Notes: generated from the sequence alone by a model not told the origin. Positions 1 through 14,931 are shown, numbered from the stretch's first letter. The stretch is DNA of 64,000 bases from the human T2T-CHM13v2.0 reference genome, Homo sapiens (GCF_009914755.1 NC_060930.1); one strand, 5' to 3'. Translations and numbers: made by a program.

Positions 1-1400
1 ATATTGCTTTGCCATTCTAATTTTAGCTCTTAGAGGAAGAAGCTTAGGTTATTGATTTTATACTTTTCCTCTTATCTAATGTATTTGGTTCTATAAATTT
101 ATCTCTTGGCACTGCTTTAGTTGAAGTTCACAGATTTTAATATGTATTTCTAATTGAATCTTATTCCCATTTTCATTATGAATTATATTCTTTATTTCAT
201 TTTCAGATTATTCATTGCTCATATGTAAAAGATAATTGTTTTGTTTACTTACCTTCTGCCACCTTGTTGTAGTTGCTTATTAATCCTAATAACTTCTTGT
301 GGATTTTTAAAAAATAGTCTACAAACAAGATCACGTCATTTGCCAGTGAACACTGTTTTACTTCTTAATTCTCATTATGGGTGCCTTTTATTTCTTTTGC
401 TTCTTTTTTTTTTTTTTTGAGATGGAGTCTCACTCTGTTGCCCAGGCTGGGTGGAGTGCAGTGGCGCGATCTCAGCTTACTGCAAGCTCCGCCTCCTGGG
501 TTCGCCTTAGCCTCCTGAGTAGCTGGGACTATAGGCACTCGCCACCACGCACGGCTAATTTTTTGTATTTTTAGTAGAGACAGGGTTTCACCGTGTTAGC
601 CAGGATGGTCTCGATCTCCTGACCTCATGATCTGCCTGCCTCGGCCTCTCAAAGTGCTGGGATTACAGGCATGAGCCACCGCGCCTGGCCTCTTTTGCTT
701 CTCTTATTGCATGCAGTGAGTCTTCCAGTACAAAGTTTAATAGGAATGCAGAGAGCAAATATCTTCACCTTTTTTCTGATTTATGGGAAAGGTATTCAAT
801 CTTTCACCATTGAGTATATTTGCTTTTTTTTTTTTTGTAAGAGCCCTTTATGTCAAGGAAGTTCTCTTCTATTCCAACTTTGTCAAGAATGTTTTTTAAA
901 AAATTTTGTTTGTTTTTAAATCATGAATTGATATTTCATTTTGTCAAATGCTTTCTCTGTATCTATTGAGATGATTAAAACCATTTTTTTCTTTACTATA
1001 TTAATATGGTATACTACATAACTCATTTTCTGATGTTAAACTAATCTTGCATTTCTGGGATAAGTCCTAATTAGTCATACTGATAGTCTTTTTGTATATC
1101 ATTAAATTTTATTCACAGAAATTTTGTTGAATATTTTTGTCTACATTTAATAGAGTTGTCATTTTCTTTTATTGTAACGTTTATCTGCTTTTTGTATAAG
1201 GGTAATACTATTGTCACTGAATTAACTGAGAAGTGTATCTCATTTTTATTCTGAAAGAGATTGTGAAGTATTGCAATGTGTGGAGTATTGCATTATTTCT
1301 TCTTTAAATGTTTGCTAAAGTTTGCTAGTGAAACCACCTTGGCCTGAGTTTTTCTTGGTGGGAAGTTTTTTGGTTACTAATTCAATTTCTTTACCTCTGT
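1..1400 (-). mobile_element. Old L1M (LINE-1) ORF2-region fragments, interrupted by an Alu
   Basis: Degenerate antisense L1 ORF2 motifs (ttttgtcaaatgctttctctgtatctattgagatgat, gcatttctgggataagtcc, ctagtgaaaccacc..ggcctgag); no open frame. Confidence 0.75.
405..690 (-). mobile_element. Alu (AluY/Sc-like) with 12-bp TSD and a small internal deletion
   Basis: Poly(T) then antisense Alu body ending cgcctggcc; TSD tcttttgcttct at 393-404 and 691-702; ~14 bp missing near 503. Confidence 0.95.
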
Positions 1401-1631
1401 TCTAGCTTTTTAAGGCAGTCTGAAATGTATACTTTGGTATCTCATTGTGGTTTTAATTTGCATTTCTCTAATAGATTATAATGTAGATCATCTGCTCATG
1501 TAATTATTTGCCATCACATATGTTCCTGATGCAGTGTCTGTTCATATATTTGGTCCATTGTTTATTTTTCTTATTGATGTGCTTTGATAATTATTTCTAT
1601 AGTTCAGATACAAGTTCTCTGTCAGAAATAT

Positions 1632-3873
1632 TGTATTAGTACATTTTCGCACTGCTATAACGAAATACCTGAGACTGGGTAATTTATAAAGGGAAGAGAT
1701 TTAATTGACTCACAGTTCCACATGGCTGGGAGGCCTCAGGAAACTTACAATCATGGAGGAAGGTGAAGGGGAAGCAGGCACCTTTTTCAAAAGGTGGCAG
1801 GAGGGAGTGAGAGCAAAGGAATAAAAACTGCCATGTAGAAAACTATCAGATCTCATGAGAACTCACTCATTCTCATGAGAAAAGCATAAGGAAAACCACC
1901 CACATGATCCAATTACCTCCCACCAGGTCTCTCCCTCAACACCTGGGGATTATAATTTAAGGTGAGATTTGGGTGGCAACACAAAGCCTAACCATATCAT
2001 TTCACCCCGGGCCCTCCCAAAATCTCATGTCCCTTTCACATTTCAAAACCAATCATGCCTTCCCAACAGTCCCCCAACATCTTAATTCATTCCAGCATTA
2101 ACACAAAAGTCCACAGTCCAAAGTCTCATCTGAGAGAAGGCAAGTCCTTGCCACCTATGAGGATGTAAAATTAAAAACAAGTTAGTTGCTTCCTAGATAC
2201 AATGGGGGTATGGGCATTGGGTAAATTCTTCTATTCCAAATGGGAGAAATTGACCAAAACAAAGGAGCTACAGGCCCCATGAAAATCCAAAATCCAGTGG
2301 GGCAGTCATTAAAATTCAAAGCTCCGAAATGATCTCCTTTGACTCCACTTCACATTCGGGGGCATGCTGATGCAAGGGTTGGGCTCCCATGGCCTTGTGC
2401 AATTTCTTCACAGGCTGGTATTGAGTGCCTGTGGCTTTTCCAGATGCACAGTGCAAGCTGTCAGTGGATCTACCATTCTGGGGTCTGGAGGATGGTGGCC
2501 CTCTCCTCACTGTTCCACTAGGCAGTGCCTCAATGGGAACTGTATATGGGTGCTCCAACCCCACATTCCTTTTCTGCACTGCCCTGACAGAGGTTATCCA
2601 TGATCATATCAGCAGTAGACTTCTGCCTGGACATCCAGGCATTTCCACACATCCTCTGAAATCTAGGCTGAAGTTTCCCAACCTCAATTCTTGAGTTCTG
2701 TGCACCCACAGGCCCAACACTATGTGGAAACCACCAAGACTTGGGGCTTTCACCCTCTGCAGCAATGGCAAGAGCTATACCTTGGCCTCTTTTAGCCATG
2801 GCTGGACGTGGAGCAGCTGGGACAGAGAGCACCAAGTCCTGAGGCTGCACAAAGTGGAAGTCCCTGGGCCTGGCCCATGAAATCTTTTTTCCCTTCTAGG
2901 CCTCTGGGCCTGTGATGAGAGGAGGGATGCTGTGAAGGTCTCTGACATACCCTGGAGACATTTTTCACATTGCCTTGAAAATTAACATTTGGCTCCTTGT
3001 TACTTATCGAAATTTCTGCAGCCAACTTGAATTTCTCCCTAGAAAATGGGTTTTTCTTTAAAACATCATGATTGGGCTGCATATTTTCCAAACTTCTACT
3101 CTCTGCTTCCTCTTGAATGCTTTGCCACTTAGGTATTTCTTTTGCAAGATACCCTTAATGATCTCTCTCAAATTTAAAGTTACACAGATCTCTAGGGCAG
3201 GGGCAAAATGTCACCAGTCTCCTTGCTAAAGCATAGCAAGAGTGTCCTTTGCTCCAATTTCCAATAAGTTTCTCATCTCCATCTGAGACCACCTCACCCC
3301 AGACTTCATTGTCCATGCTATCAACATTTTGGTCAAAAGCATTCAACAAGTCTCTAGGAAGTTCCAAACTTTCCCAAATTTTCTTGTCTTCTGAGCCTTC
3401 CAAACTGTTCCAACCTCTGCCCACTACTCAGAGCCAAAATCACTTTCACATTTTTGTGTGTCTTTATAGCAATACCCCACTCTCTGTAGTACCAATTTAA
3501 TGCATTAATTAGCTTTTGCACTGCTATAAAGAAATACATGAGACTGGGTAATTTATAAAGGAAAGAGGTTTAATTAACTCCCAGTTCTGAATGGCTGGGG
3601 GAAACCTCAGGAAAATTAGAATCATGGCAGAAGCTGAGGGGGAAGAAGGCACCTTCTTCACAAGGCCACAGGAGGGAATGAGAGCAAGGGAGGAAAAATT
3701 GCCACTGATAAAACCATCAGATCTCATGAGAATTCACGCACTATCATGAGAACAGCATGGGAAAAACCACTCCCATGTTCCAATCACCTCCCACCAGGTC
3801 TCACCCTCAACAACCGGGGATAACAATTTATCAAGATGAGATTTGGGTGGGGACACAAAGCCTAACCATATCA
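1632..3873 (-). mobile_element. Complete THE1D MaLR element (LTR 1632-1999, internal 2000-3500, LTR 3501-3873)
   Basis: Two homologous LTRs beginning tgtattagt/tgcattaat and ending acaaagcctaaccatatca; THE1-internal peptide remnants (GRGWNSLEGSEDKKIWESLELPRDLLN); 5-bp TSD aatat/actat. Confidence 0.92.
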
Positions 3874-4046
3874 ACTATAATTTCCAAATATTTTTCTCAG
3901 AGTGTGTTTTGCCTTTCTTTCTCTAAACAGTTATCTTTCACTATGCCAAAATTTGTAATTTTAATGAAATCCAATCAATTTTTTTCTTTTATTCATCATG
4001 CTTTTGGTGTCATATCTAAAACTCTTTGCCCAACTAAAGTCACACA

Positions 4047-4371
<325 letters not shown>

Positions 4372-4639
4372 CAAAGTCACACATATATATTTCTATCTTT
4401 TTTTCTAGAAGTTTTATAGTTTTAGATTTTATATTTAGTCTTATAATCTATTTTAAGGCTTTTTGTCTAAGATGAAAGGTATAGGCTAAGATTCTCTTCA
4501 TTGGCATTGAGATTATGAATTATTCATTTTTTCTTCATTGAATTGCCTTTTCATGCTTGTTCATGTGAGCTTGCTGTATTTGTACAGGGCAGGTTTTTGT
4601 TTCTGTATTCAGTTCCACTGACTGATGTGTCTATTCTTT

Positions 4640-4778
4640 TTAGTTTTTATTTACTATTTTTTAATATGGGATAGTGCTATGTTGTCCAGGCCAGTCTTAA
4701 ACTCCTGGGCTCAAGTGATTCTCTCACCTCAGCATCCTGAGTAGCTGGGATTATATGTTCAAGCCACCATGTTTAGCT
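4640..4778 (-). mobile_element. FLAM / Alu monomer
   Basis: aactcctgggctcaagtgattctctcacctcagcatcctgagtagctgggatta; single monomer, preceded by a T-rich tail. Confidence 0.8.
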
Positions 4779-5744
4779 CAGTGCATACATGCTTCAGCCA
4801 ATACCTACTGCCATGATTACTATATTTTTATGATAAGTCATGAAATTGGGTAATGTGAGTCCTCCAATTTTGTGGGTTTTTTCTCAAAATTATTTTGTCT
4901 ACTCTCATTCCTTGTCATTTTTCTAATCCCCTTGCTTTTTCTATATATACATATGTATTATAAATAGTTAAACATCTACCAAAATAATTCTAGAAATTTG
5001 ATTGTGATTGCGTTAAATCTATGAATTCTTTTGAGGAGGACTGACAATATAAGACTTCCAATCTGGTAATTGAATAATATCTCCTTTTATATATGACTTT
5101 CATTTTTTAATCAATATTTTTTACTTTTCAGTATATAGATCCTTCAAATGTTTGTTAGATTATATTGAAGTATTTCATTTTAGATAGTACTATTATAATA
5201 GTACTTTTTATAAATTTTAAATTCCAATTATTTATTACTAATATGTAGAAATACAAAGGACTTCTAAATTAGATATTGTAGTCTGTAACCTTTCTAAACA
5301 TATTTGTTACTTACAGCAAATTCTTCAAAGTTTTCTACTTATACAGCCATGTTTCCTGCAAAAAGAGAAAATATGTTGATTTTTCCCCAATCTTCATCTT
5401 TCATTTCTATTTTTCATAGCTGATTTTGGTGGTTAAGACTTCCAGTATAGTGTAAATAGGAGTGGTGACAGTGGACAGACTTGCCTTATTCTGACTTTAG
5501 AGAAAAATAATTCATTGTATCATCATTGTTAGTTGTAGGGTTTTTAGATACCTTTTTATAAGATTAAATTTTGATCTTCTTGGCAAAAATTTCACATATT
5601 GTGTTAAGAATTTCCACAGAAAAAGGATGGGGGAATGGGGATTAAGGCAGAAAAAAAAAGTCACTTAGGAAAGAAAAATACTTTACCCTGGTATATAGAA
5701 ATCATTTAACTAAAAAGTGAACTATAGTCATTTCTAAACCAGAG

Positions 5745-5928
5745 ATGCAATCTTAAAGTGTGTTTCCTAGAGCAGCAGCAGAAGCATCACTGGTAACTCA
5801 GAAATGTAGTCTTGGACCACACTTCCAAACCCAGTCTCTGAATCAGAAACTGGAGGTGGAAACCAGCAGTCTGCCTTTTAACAAGTCCTCCAGCTGATTC
5901 CAATGTACACAACAGTTGGAGTACCACC
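5745..5928. mobile_element. MER5A-type hAT-Charlie DNA transposon fossil
   Basis: ctgaatcagaaact..ggtgg..ccagcagtctgccttttaacaagtcctccagctgattc motif. Confidence 0.8.
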
Positions 5929-7131
5929 AATCTAAACCATACGCTGCAACTCATAATCTGTTTAACTACTTAACAAAATGGCAAAGCACATTAGGAGAAC
6001 TTGTTTGTCAAATAAGAACACATTCTCATCAGCTCTGCAACCAGGAACAGACCTTAATCAGTTTGTGCTTACAAAATCAAAAAACCCACACCCTGGGACC
6101 AATCTAATTGGAACATACAGAACGAAGTCAATTCCATTTCATGGTGTTCCAACTAATGAAACTTTACCTCTCTGCCTAGAATGTAGAACTTTATTCTGCT
6201 CTAACATTTTATGCCTGCTTTCTCCGTAGCAAAGGATTTCCTATGTGAGTTCCTGATCCCCTTCTGTTCTGACCTGGTAGTCACACCTGTCAACAAGGTC
6301 CGCAAGTTCTGGCCTTTGGATTCTGGCAGAACATCAAAACTGGTGAGTAAGTAATCTCCCAATAGTTTATAACTGCAGTTTTCAAAATTTTGGAATCAGC
6401 AGAATTACTTCTTCAAATGAAACCTCACAAGAATTTCAATTTATAAAACGAATATATGCTGAGCCATTGTTAAGAAATGGAGGAGCTGAGTGGCAGCTAA
6501 GGCAGGAAAGAGGTAATCCTAGGTTCTTTTCCTGTTTTGTGAGCATTTTAGACTTTATGAGATGAGAATTTTAGGCTTCATGAAATTCACTGATTAGGTA
6601 ATCACTCAGAACTGGGAACTGAAATCTGAAAAATCAGAATACCTGGACACCAGTAACTTTTCAAGTCCAATATTTTAAACCAAACATAATTTGTATTTTT
6701 AGTGAAACTCATCAGTTAAATGACCTTCAAATTTTACACTAAATAGGATGTTAAAAAAAGGAAAAGAGTGACAAATTTATTTGGTCACAATCAGTAAATA
6801 CATTTTCCACTTTCAAGGTTGGATTTATGTTTCCTAGATAGACTCGCTTCTTCAGGGATAAGGGTGGGGTAGATCTTGTTCACTTTATTTTACAAGAACT
6901 CTTGCAAGTATGCCATTTATATGTTCACATCAAATAATCTTCATGGATTGCATGAGGGTTAACTACTAGTAAATTACCAAATTATATTAACCTAAAATTA
7001 AGTGACCAGAGCTTTTATTCTTCTTTTTTTAAGTTATTTTTCTAAAACTCACTTGAAAAAAATAAGGATAGTGAAATAAGCACGAAAGCTAAAAGAAAAC
7101 AACTATGGCCAAAAAGATATATGATGATAGT

Positions 7132-7478
7132 TGATATGATTTGGCTGTGTCCTCACCAAAATCTCAACTTGAATTGTACCTCCCAGAGTTCCCACGTGTT
7201 TCAGGAGGGACCTATGGGCAGGTAATTGCATCATGGGGGCCGGTCTTTCTCGTGCTATTCTCATGATAGTAAGTCTCTGATGGGTTTATCAGGGGTTTCC
7301 ACTTTTCTGCTTTTGCTTCTTTCTCATTTTCTTTTGCCTTTGCCATGTAAGAGTCTTTCACTTCCTACCATGATTCTGAGGCCTCCCCTGCCATGTGGAA
7401 CTGTAAGTCCAATAAAATCTTTTTTTGTTCCCAGTTTTGGGTACGTCTTTATCAGCAGTGTGAAAACAGACTAATACA
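7132..7478 (+). mobile_element. THE1A solo LTR
   Basis: tgatatgatttggctgtgtcc...aatctcaacttgaattgt...gggtttatcaggggtttcc...gactaataca; TG..CA termini. Confidence 0.9.
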
Positions 7479-8498
7479 CTACTGATAATGACAAATCTAT
7501 TGTCTTTTGCTTAAATATTCAGTGAAAAATGTCTGCACAGTCCTCTCTCAAGCATTTTGATGAAAGCTACTATTTACTTTAGGGAAGTGAAAGTGTATTT
7601 ATTATGAGGGAGCTTTCTTTTACTTTCACCCTGTTAAAGAAACTGTGTAGAAAATACGCATTTAAAAGATCATTAACAAAGAGCAGAATTACCAAAAGAA
7701 CAGACTGGCTAGCCACCGAAGTTTAACTGTTTCTTCAGGTACTCGAAAATAAATGCGTAATTAATTTACTTTGATTCCCAAAAGTATTAATGATTATCTT
7801 CATCCTCCCTCATTGTCTGGAGGAGAGTAACACAGAAAGCACCAGTAATTTTCTCACTTCTAATTATGTAAGCAAATATGCATTTACAGTTTTGAGAAAT
7901 ATTCCTAAGTAATTGTAAGTATGGATTACATTCTGTTTTAAATTATTCCAAAAGTTAAAATCACAGGATAAAATTTTCCTTAGTATTGCATGAGTCACCA
8001 CTGTCCTAATACAATTTCTCAGATACATATTCAATGTATTCATGAACCTCTATTTTAGGACAGAATTTATATAACACACAGCATTTATCATCTTACTTGT
8101 CTCTTGTAGAACAACAAATGGGCATGTTTTCTAAGTGTTTAAATAATGATTTGAGACAGATTCTTATAGCATCTCTTCGAGGTATATAGTAACACCTTTC
8201 TCCTAGCAGTAAGGAAACAAATGAAATCCCAAGATAGATCAAAGACTTGGTAAGAGACTGTAAGAATTTTTCAGGCCTCAGAACTGCATTATCATTATTC
8301 ACTGAGAAAAATATAGACAGAATATGAACACATTTGGCAATAACACTGAATTGAGCATTCTTGTTCCCCATTCAAAGTTATAAATTAACTTACTTTCTCT
8401 AGAAAACTATATATTTACTGCATATCCCACATTTAACTCAAATCAGAACTTGACCTAATAGGCATATAAAAATGACATCAAACAGTTACTTGTTGGAA

Positions 8499-11400
8499 AG
8501 ACTTCTGGTTCCAAAATAGTGACAAAGAAGCAAGCTGGCTTAACTCTCCCCCACAGAAAACCAAAAACAAATATATAGCACTGAGATTATCACCAGCAAT
8601 ATCCCAGAATTCAAATAAGAGGATAAGACAGTTCCCAGAGCCAAAGGGAAGTGAAAAGACTCGAAGCACATGGAAAGAGAATCAAACCTCTATATCCATG
8701 ATGCCCCTGCCCCGAAAATGCCCCACATCAAGTGCATGAGAATTTTATGACTCATGATTTCTAGAGAGGGAAAAATGAAATTAAGATGGACTACCAGCTT
8801 CCCAATCATTTTAGATTCCCTGGCAGGAGACCTGTCCTTACTTCAACCCACAGAAATCACCAACAGTGTCTGAAGGGAGGAATATCCCTGAGAATCACCC
8901 TAAACAAAGGAGGGAGGTAGGACTACCATCCCCTGCTCTGGAAACTCTGCTCTATAACTCTGCTAAAGGAGTTGCCAAATCAGAGTGGCTGTTCAGAAGC
9001 ATCACATTGTAGAAAGTTTGTTCCACAGGTCCCCTGAACACACATCTGTAGCCAGCCTTCCCACACTAATGGAATACCCGCTTAGGGACCTTCCCATTCT
9101 GACCTTCAGCATTCTGATTGTTTACTAGAACTGAGACAAACCTAGGCTTTAAGGCCATCAAGTGCTGAAAAGGAGACAGTGACCTTGTTGGGGTAAAAAT
9201 AAAAACATCAACAGGCAAATTACAAAAAAAAAAATCTAAGCAAACATATCCTATAAAAAACAAAACAGACAGCAAACACTAGAAGAAGTAACTAATTATT
9301 CAATGCAAATATATAGACATACATCTACAAGGAAAAAAAATGGAATCATGAACTCTTCAAATGAGCAAAGCAAGGAACCAGTGACTGGCTCCACTGGGAC
9401 GATGACATGTGAATGCTCTTAATAAAATTCTAAATAGTAGTTTTAAGGAACCTCAGTGATTTCCAAGATAACACAGAAAAGCAGTCCAGACATTTACTAG
9501 ACACATTTAACAAAGAGATTGAAATAATTTTAAAAATCAAACAAAAATCTTCTAACTAAGAAAAACATTTGCTGAACTGAGAAATACATTAGAGGCTCTC
9601 ATGAGCAGAATGGATCAAGCATGAAAATGATCAGTGAGCTATTCAATAATATATATGATGAGAAAAAAATGAAAAGGAAAGCTTACCTACAAGATATAGA
9701 AAACTACCTCAAAAGATCAAATCTAAGAATTATTGCTTTTTAAGAACGAGCTGAGCAAAAACAAGGGATAGAAAACTTACTCAAACAGAAAACTTTCCAA
9801 ACTCTGAAAAACGGACAAATATTTAAGTACAGGAAGGCTAGAGAACACTACATAACTTGACCCAAATAAGACTACCTCAGGGCAGGAATTAATCAAACTT
9901 TCAAAGGTTAAAACAAGGAGAGGGTTCTAAAAAGAGTAAGAGTAAGAAGAAAACAAGTTGTAAAAGAGCTCCAATTCATCAGGGAGCTGACATCTGAATG
10001 AATACCACACAGACCAACAAGGTGTGGGAAGGCATTTTCAATGTACTGAAAGAAGTAACTGCCATTTAAGAATATTTTATCCCACAGAGCTATCTTTTAC
10101 ACATGAAAGAGAAAGTATTTCCCGGACAAACAAAAGCTGAAAAAAATTGCCAACGCCAGACCCTTTTATAAGAAATGCAAAAGGGAGTTCTTCCATCTGA
10201 AAAAAATCTGATGAAAAAAAAAAAAAACACTAACATTGAAAACATTAGAAGGTATAAAACACACTGGTAAAATTAAGTACATGAACTAACCCAGAATACT
10301 CTAATATTGTAATTGTGTTGTGCAATTCACTTGTAACTCTATTATAAAGCCCAAAGATAACTCTATCAAGAATAATAATAGCAATAGCAACCTGTGAAGA
10401 GATAGGCAACATTAAAAGACATGAATTGAGACAACGTAAAGTAAATGTGTAGTTAAAAATGAAGTTGGTGTAGCATATTTCTTTCCATTATTTTTCTTTT
10501 TGTGATCTAAGATGGAATCTTTATTTAAAATAACTTGTCATATCTATAATATCTATACGATGTTTCTTGTAAGCCACATGGTAACTGCAATGCAAAACTT
10601 TTAATAGATTCATTAAAAATCAAAAGCAACACATTAAGACATACTACCAGAGAAAATCACCTAGCCACAGGAAACAGAGTAAGCAAAGAAGAAAGGAAGA
10701 GGGGAGTTACAAAACAACCAGTAAACAAAGAACAATATGGCAGTAGTAAGCCCTTACTTATCATTAATAACACTGAATGTAAATGGATTCAATTCTTCAA
10801 TTAAAAGGCATAGAGTGGCTGAATGAATAAAGAAACAAGACTCAACAACATGATCCATATTCCAAAAAAAAAGAAAGAAAGAAAGAAAGCAACACTTCAC
10901 ATATAAAGACACATTTAGACTGAAATTGAAGGGGTGGAAAAAATATTCCATGCATCCAGAAACCAAAAAATAGCAGGAGTAGCTATTCTTATATCACACA
11001 ATATAGAATACAAATCAATAACTTTAAAAGCACACAAAAAGATCACTATAAAATGATAAAGGGCTCAGTTTATGAAGAGGACATAACAATTTTAAGTATC
11101 CATATGCCTAACACCAGAGTGCCTAAGTATATAAAGCAAATATTAATAGATCTAAAAGAAGAGATAGATTACAATACCTTAATTATAGGAAACTTCAACA
11201 CTCCACTCTCAGTAATGAGAAGGTAACACAGACAAAAAATCAACAAAGAAACATCAGAATTAAACTACACACTAGATCAAATAGGCCTAGTTGTCATTTA
11301 TAGAACATTTCACTCAATTGCTGCACAATACACATTATTTTAATCAGGACATGAAACATTTTCTTGAATAGACCATATTGTCAGCCACAAAATAAGTCTT

Positions 11401-14400
11401 GACAAATTTAAAAAGGTAGAAATCAAGTCGATCATCTTTTCTGACCACAAGTGAATAAATTTAGAAATCATTAACAAGAGGAACTTGGAAAATATACAAA
11501 CACCTAGAAGTTAAACAATATGCTCCAAAACTAACAATGGGTCAATGAAGACATTAATAAGGTAATTTAAAAAATTTAAACAAATCAAAATGGAAATACA
11601 ATATAGCAAAGTGTACACAACACAGCAAAAACAGTACTAAGAGGAAAGTTTATAGAAACACACTTCAAAAAAGTTTTCATCAGAGTTTACAAGAAAAAAA
11701 GTGAAAAGACTTCAAATAAACAACTGAATGATACACCTCAAGAAACAAGAAAACAAGAACAAAGCAAATTAAAAATTAGTAGGAGACAAATAATAAAGAT
11801 AAGAGCAGAAACAGCTAAAAGTGGTATCTTATAAAAGAAAATAAAACAGAAACAGAAGAACAACTACATAACTTGGTTTTTTGAAAAGATAAAATCAACA
11901 AACCTTTAGCTAGACTAAGGAAAAAAGAGGGAAAATCTAAATAAATAAAATCAATAATGAAAAAGAAGACAACTCAGACCACAGAACACAAAGATCAGTA
12001 GATACCATTATGAACATCTACATGTCAACAAACTGGAAAACCTGAAGAGATGGGTAAATTGCTGGACATGTACAACCTACCAAGATTGAACCACAACAAA
12101 ATAGAAAACCTCAGCAAATAAATAATGTGTAATAAGATTAAAGCTGTAATAAACAGTCTCTCATCAAAGAAAAGCCCAAGACATGATGGCTTCACTGTTT
12201 AATTCTACCAAACATTTAAAGGAGAATTAATAACAATTCTTTTCAAACTCTTCAAAAAATTAAGAGAAGGAAACCTTTGCATAACAAGGTTTCAAACTTG
12301 TTATGCAAAGTTAGCATTTTCCTGATGCAAAACCAGACAAAGACATAACCAAAAAAGAAAACTACAGGCCAATGTCCTTGATGAATATAGTTCCAAAATC
12401 CTCAACAAAATATGAGCAAATATGATTTAACAACACATTAAAAAGATCATTCACCATGAACCAGTGGGATTCATCCTAGGAATGCAAGTGATGAATGCAA
12501 CATGTGCCAATCAATAAACATGATGCATTACGTTAATAGAAGCAAGAACAAAAATCATACTCTCATCTCAATAGATGCTGAAAGCATTCAATAAAATTCA
12601 ACATTCCTTTACGATTAAAACCCTTCAACAAAATGGGTATAGAAGGGAAATACCTAAAAATGATACAAGGCTATATATGACAAACCCATGATGAACATTG
12701 GACTGAACAGGGTAAAAAACAAAAGTCTTTCCTCAAAGATGAAGAACAAGACAAGGATGGCCACTTTCATCAGTTTTATTCAATATGATACTGGAAGCCC
12801 TGGCCAGAGCAATTAAACAAGAGAAAGAAAGAAAAGGCATACAAATTGAAAAGGAAGGAGTCAGATTGGCTTTTAACTCAGATAACAAAATGTAATACTT
12901 AGAAATACCTTCCACCAAAAATACTGTTAAATATGATAAGCAAATTCAGTAAAGTTCAGGATACAAAATGAACATCCAGAAATCAGTACCATTTATATAC
13001 ATCAACAGCAAACAATCTGAACAAGAAATCAGAAAAGCAATCCCATTTGCAATAGCTACAAAGAAAATAAAATATTTATGAACCAATTTAACCAAAGAAG
13101 TGAAAGAGCTATGTAAGAAAAACAATAAAACTCTGATGAAAGACATTGAAGAGGACACAAAAAATTGAAAAAAATTCCATGCCCATGGATTGAAAGAATT
13201 AATATTGTTAAAATGAAAATACTGCCTGAAGAAACTTAGATTCAATACAATTTCTATCAAAATACCAATGTCTTTCTTCATAGAAATATGAAAACAATTC
13301 TAAAAATTATATAGAACCACAAAAAACCTCTTATAGACAATGCTGAGCAAAAAGAACAAAGCTGGAGACATCATACTACCTCACTTCAAAATACGCTACA
13401 AACCTATAGTAACTAAATCAGCATGGTACAATCATAAAAATAGACACACAAACCAACGGGAAAGGATAGAGAGCCCAGATATAAACCTATGCACTTATGG
13501 CCAACTTATTTTTTTGAGAAAAGAACCAAAAACAAACATTGGGGAAAAGACAGTTTCTTCAATAAATGGTTCTGGGAAAACTGAATAATCATATACAGAA
13601 GAATGAAACTATACTCCTATCTCTCACCATATACAAAAATTGAATCAAGATGAATTAAAAACTTAAATCTATCACCTGAATCTATGTAACTCTTAGAATA
13701 AAACATTGGGAAATGCTTATGAGATTGGTCTGGGCAAGGAATTTTTGTATAAGACCTTATAAGCATAGGCCACCAAAGCAAAAAAGATAAATAATATTAT
13801 ATCAAGTTAACAAGCTTCTTCACAGCAAAGAAAACAGTCAACAAAGTGAAGTGACAACCCACAGAATGGGAGAAAATATTTGCAAATTATTCATCTGACA
13901 AAGGATTAGTAACCAGAATATGTAAGGAGCAAACACAACTCTACTTGGGAAAAAAATCCAATTAAAATTGGGCTAAGAATCTGAGTAGATGGTTCTCAAC
14001 AGAAGACACGCAAGTGACCGTCAAATACAGGAAAAAAAGTTCAATATCACCAGTCATCAGAGAAATGATTACCACATAAAATATCATCTCATGTTGGTTA
14101 AAATGGCTTAAAAATACAAGTAATAACAGATGCTGGTGAGGATGTGGAGAAAGGAAAACCCTTGTATACTGTTGATGGAAATGTAAATCAGTACAGCCAC
14201 TAAGGAAAATCATATGAACGTTCCTCAAAAAAACTAAAAATAGAACTCCCATATGATCCAGTAATTCCACTACTGGGTATATATACAAAAAGAAAAAGAA
14301 AATCATATATCAAGGCAATACCTGCTCTCCCATGTTTATTTCAGCACTATTCACAATGGCCAACATATGAAAACAACCTAAGTGTCCATGAATCTATGAA

Positions 14401-14931
14401 TGGGTAAATAAAATGTGATATATATACATAATGGAATATTTTTTAGCCATAAAAAGAATGAAATTCTGTCATTTCCAGCAACATGGATGGAAATGGAAGT
14501 CACTAAATAAAATAGGCCAAGCACAGGAAGACAAATATCATATGTTCTCACTCACATGCAAAAGTTAAAAAAGTTATCTCTTAAAGACAGAGACTAGTGG
14601 TGATTACCAGAGGCTGTGAAGGGCAATGGTGAGGGACAATGAGGAGAGGTTGATTAATGGGTATAAATATACCGTTTGACTAAAGAATTAAGACCTAGAA
14701 TTTGATAGATCAATACGGTGACTACAGTTTACAATAATCTCTTGTATATTTTAAAACAGCTAGAGGAGAATAATTTGAAGGGATTTAGCATAAATAAAAG
14801 ACATATATTTAAGTGGTAGAATCCAAATTACACTAATTTGATCTTTATACATTTTAAGTGTGTATTAAATTATCACCTGTACCCAGAAGATATGTATATC
14901 TATTATGTATTAATTAATTTTTTAAAACATT
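8499..14931 (+). mobile_element. Full-length ancient L1MA (L1MA4/5-like), ORFs decayed
   Basis: 5' gacttctggttccaaaatagtg; ORF1-like ~9340-10230; ORF2 from ~10737 (ttaataacactgaatgtaaatgg); L1MA-type 3'UTR; perfect TSD acagttacttgttg at 8482-8495 and 14932-14945. Confidence 0.9.

Noticed and set aside
2316-3539. Cluster of 60-106 aa ORFs
   Set aside because: Fragments and alternative frames of the THE1 internal region.
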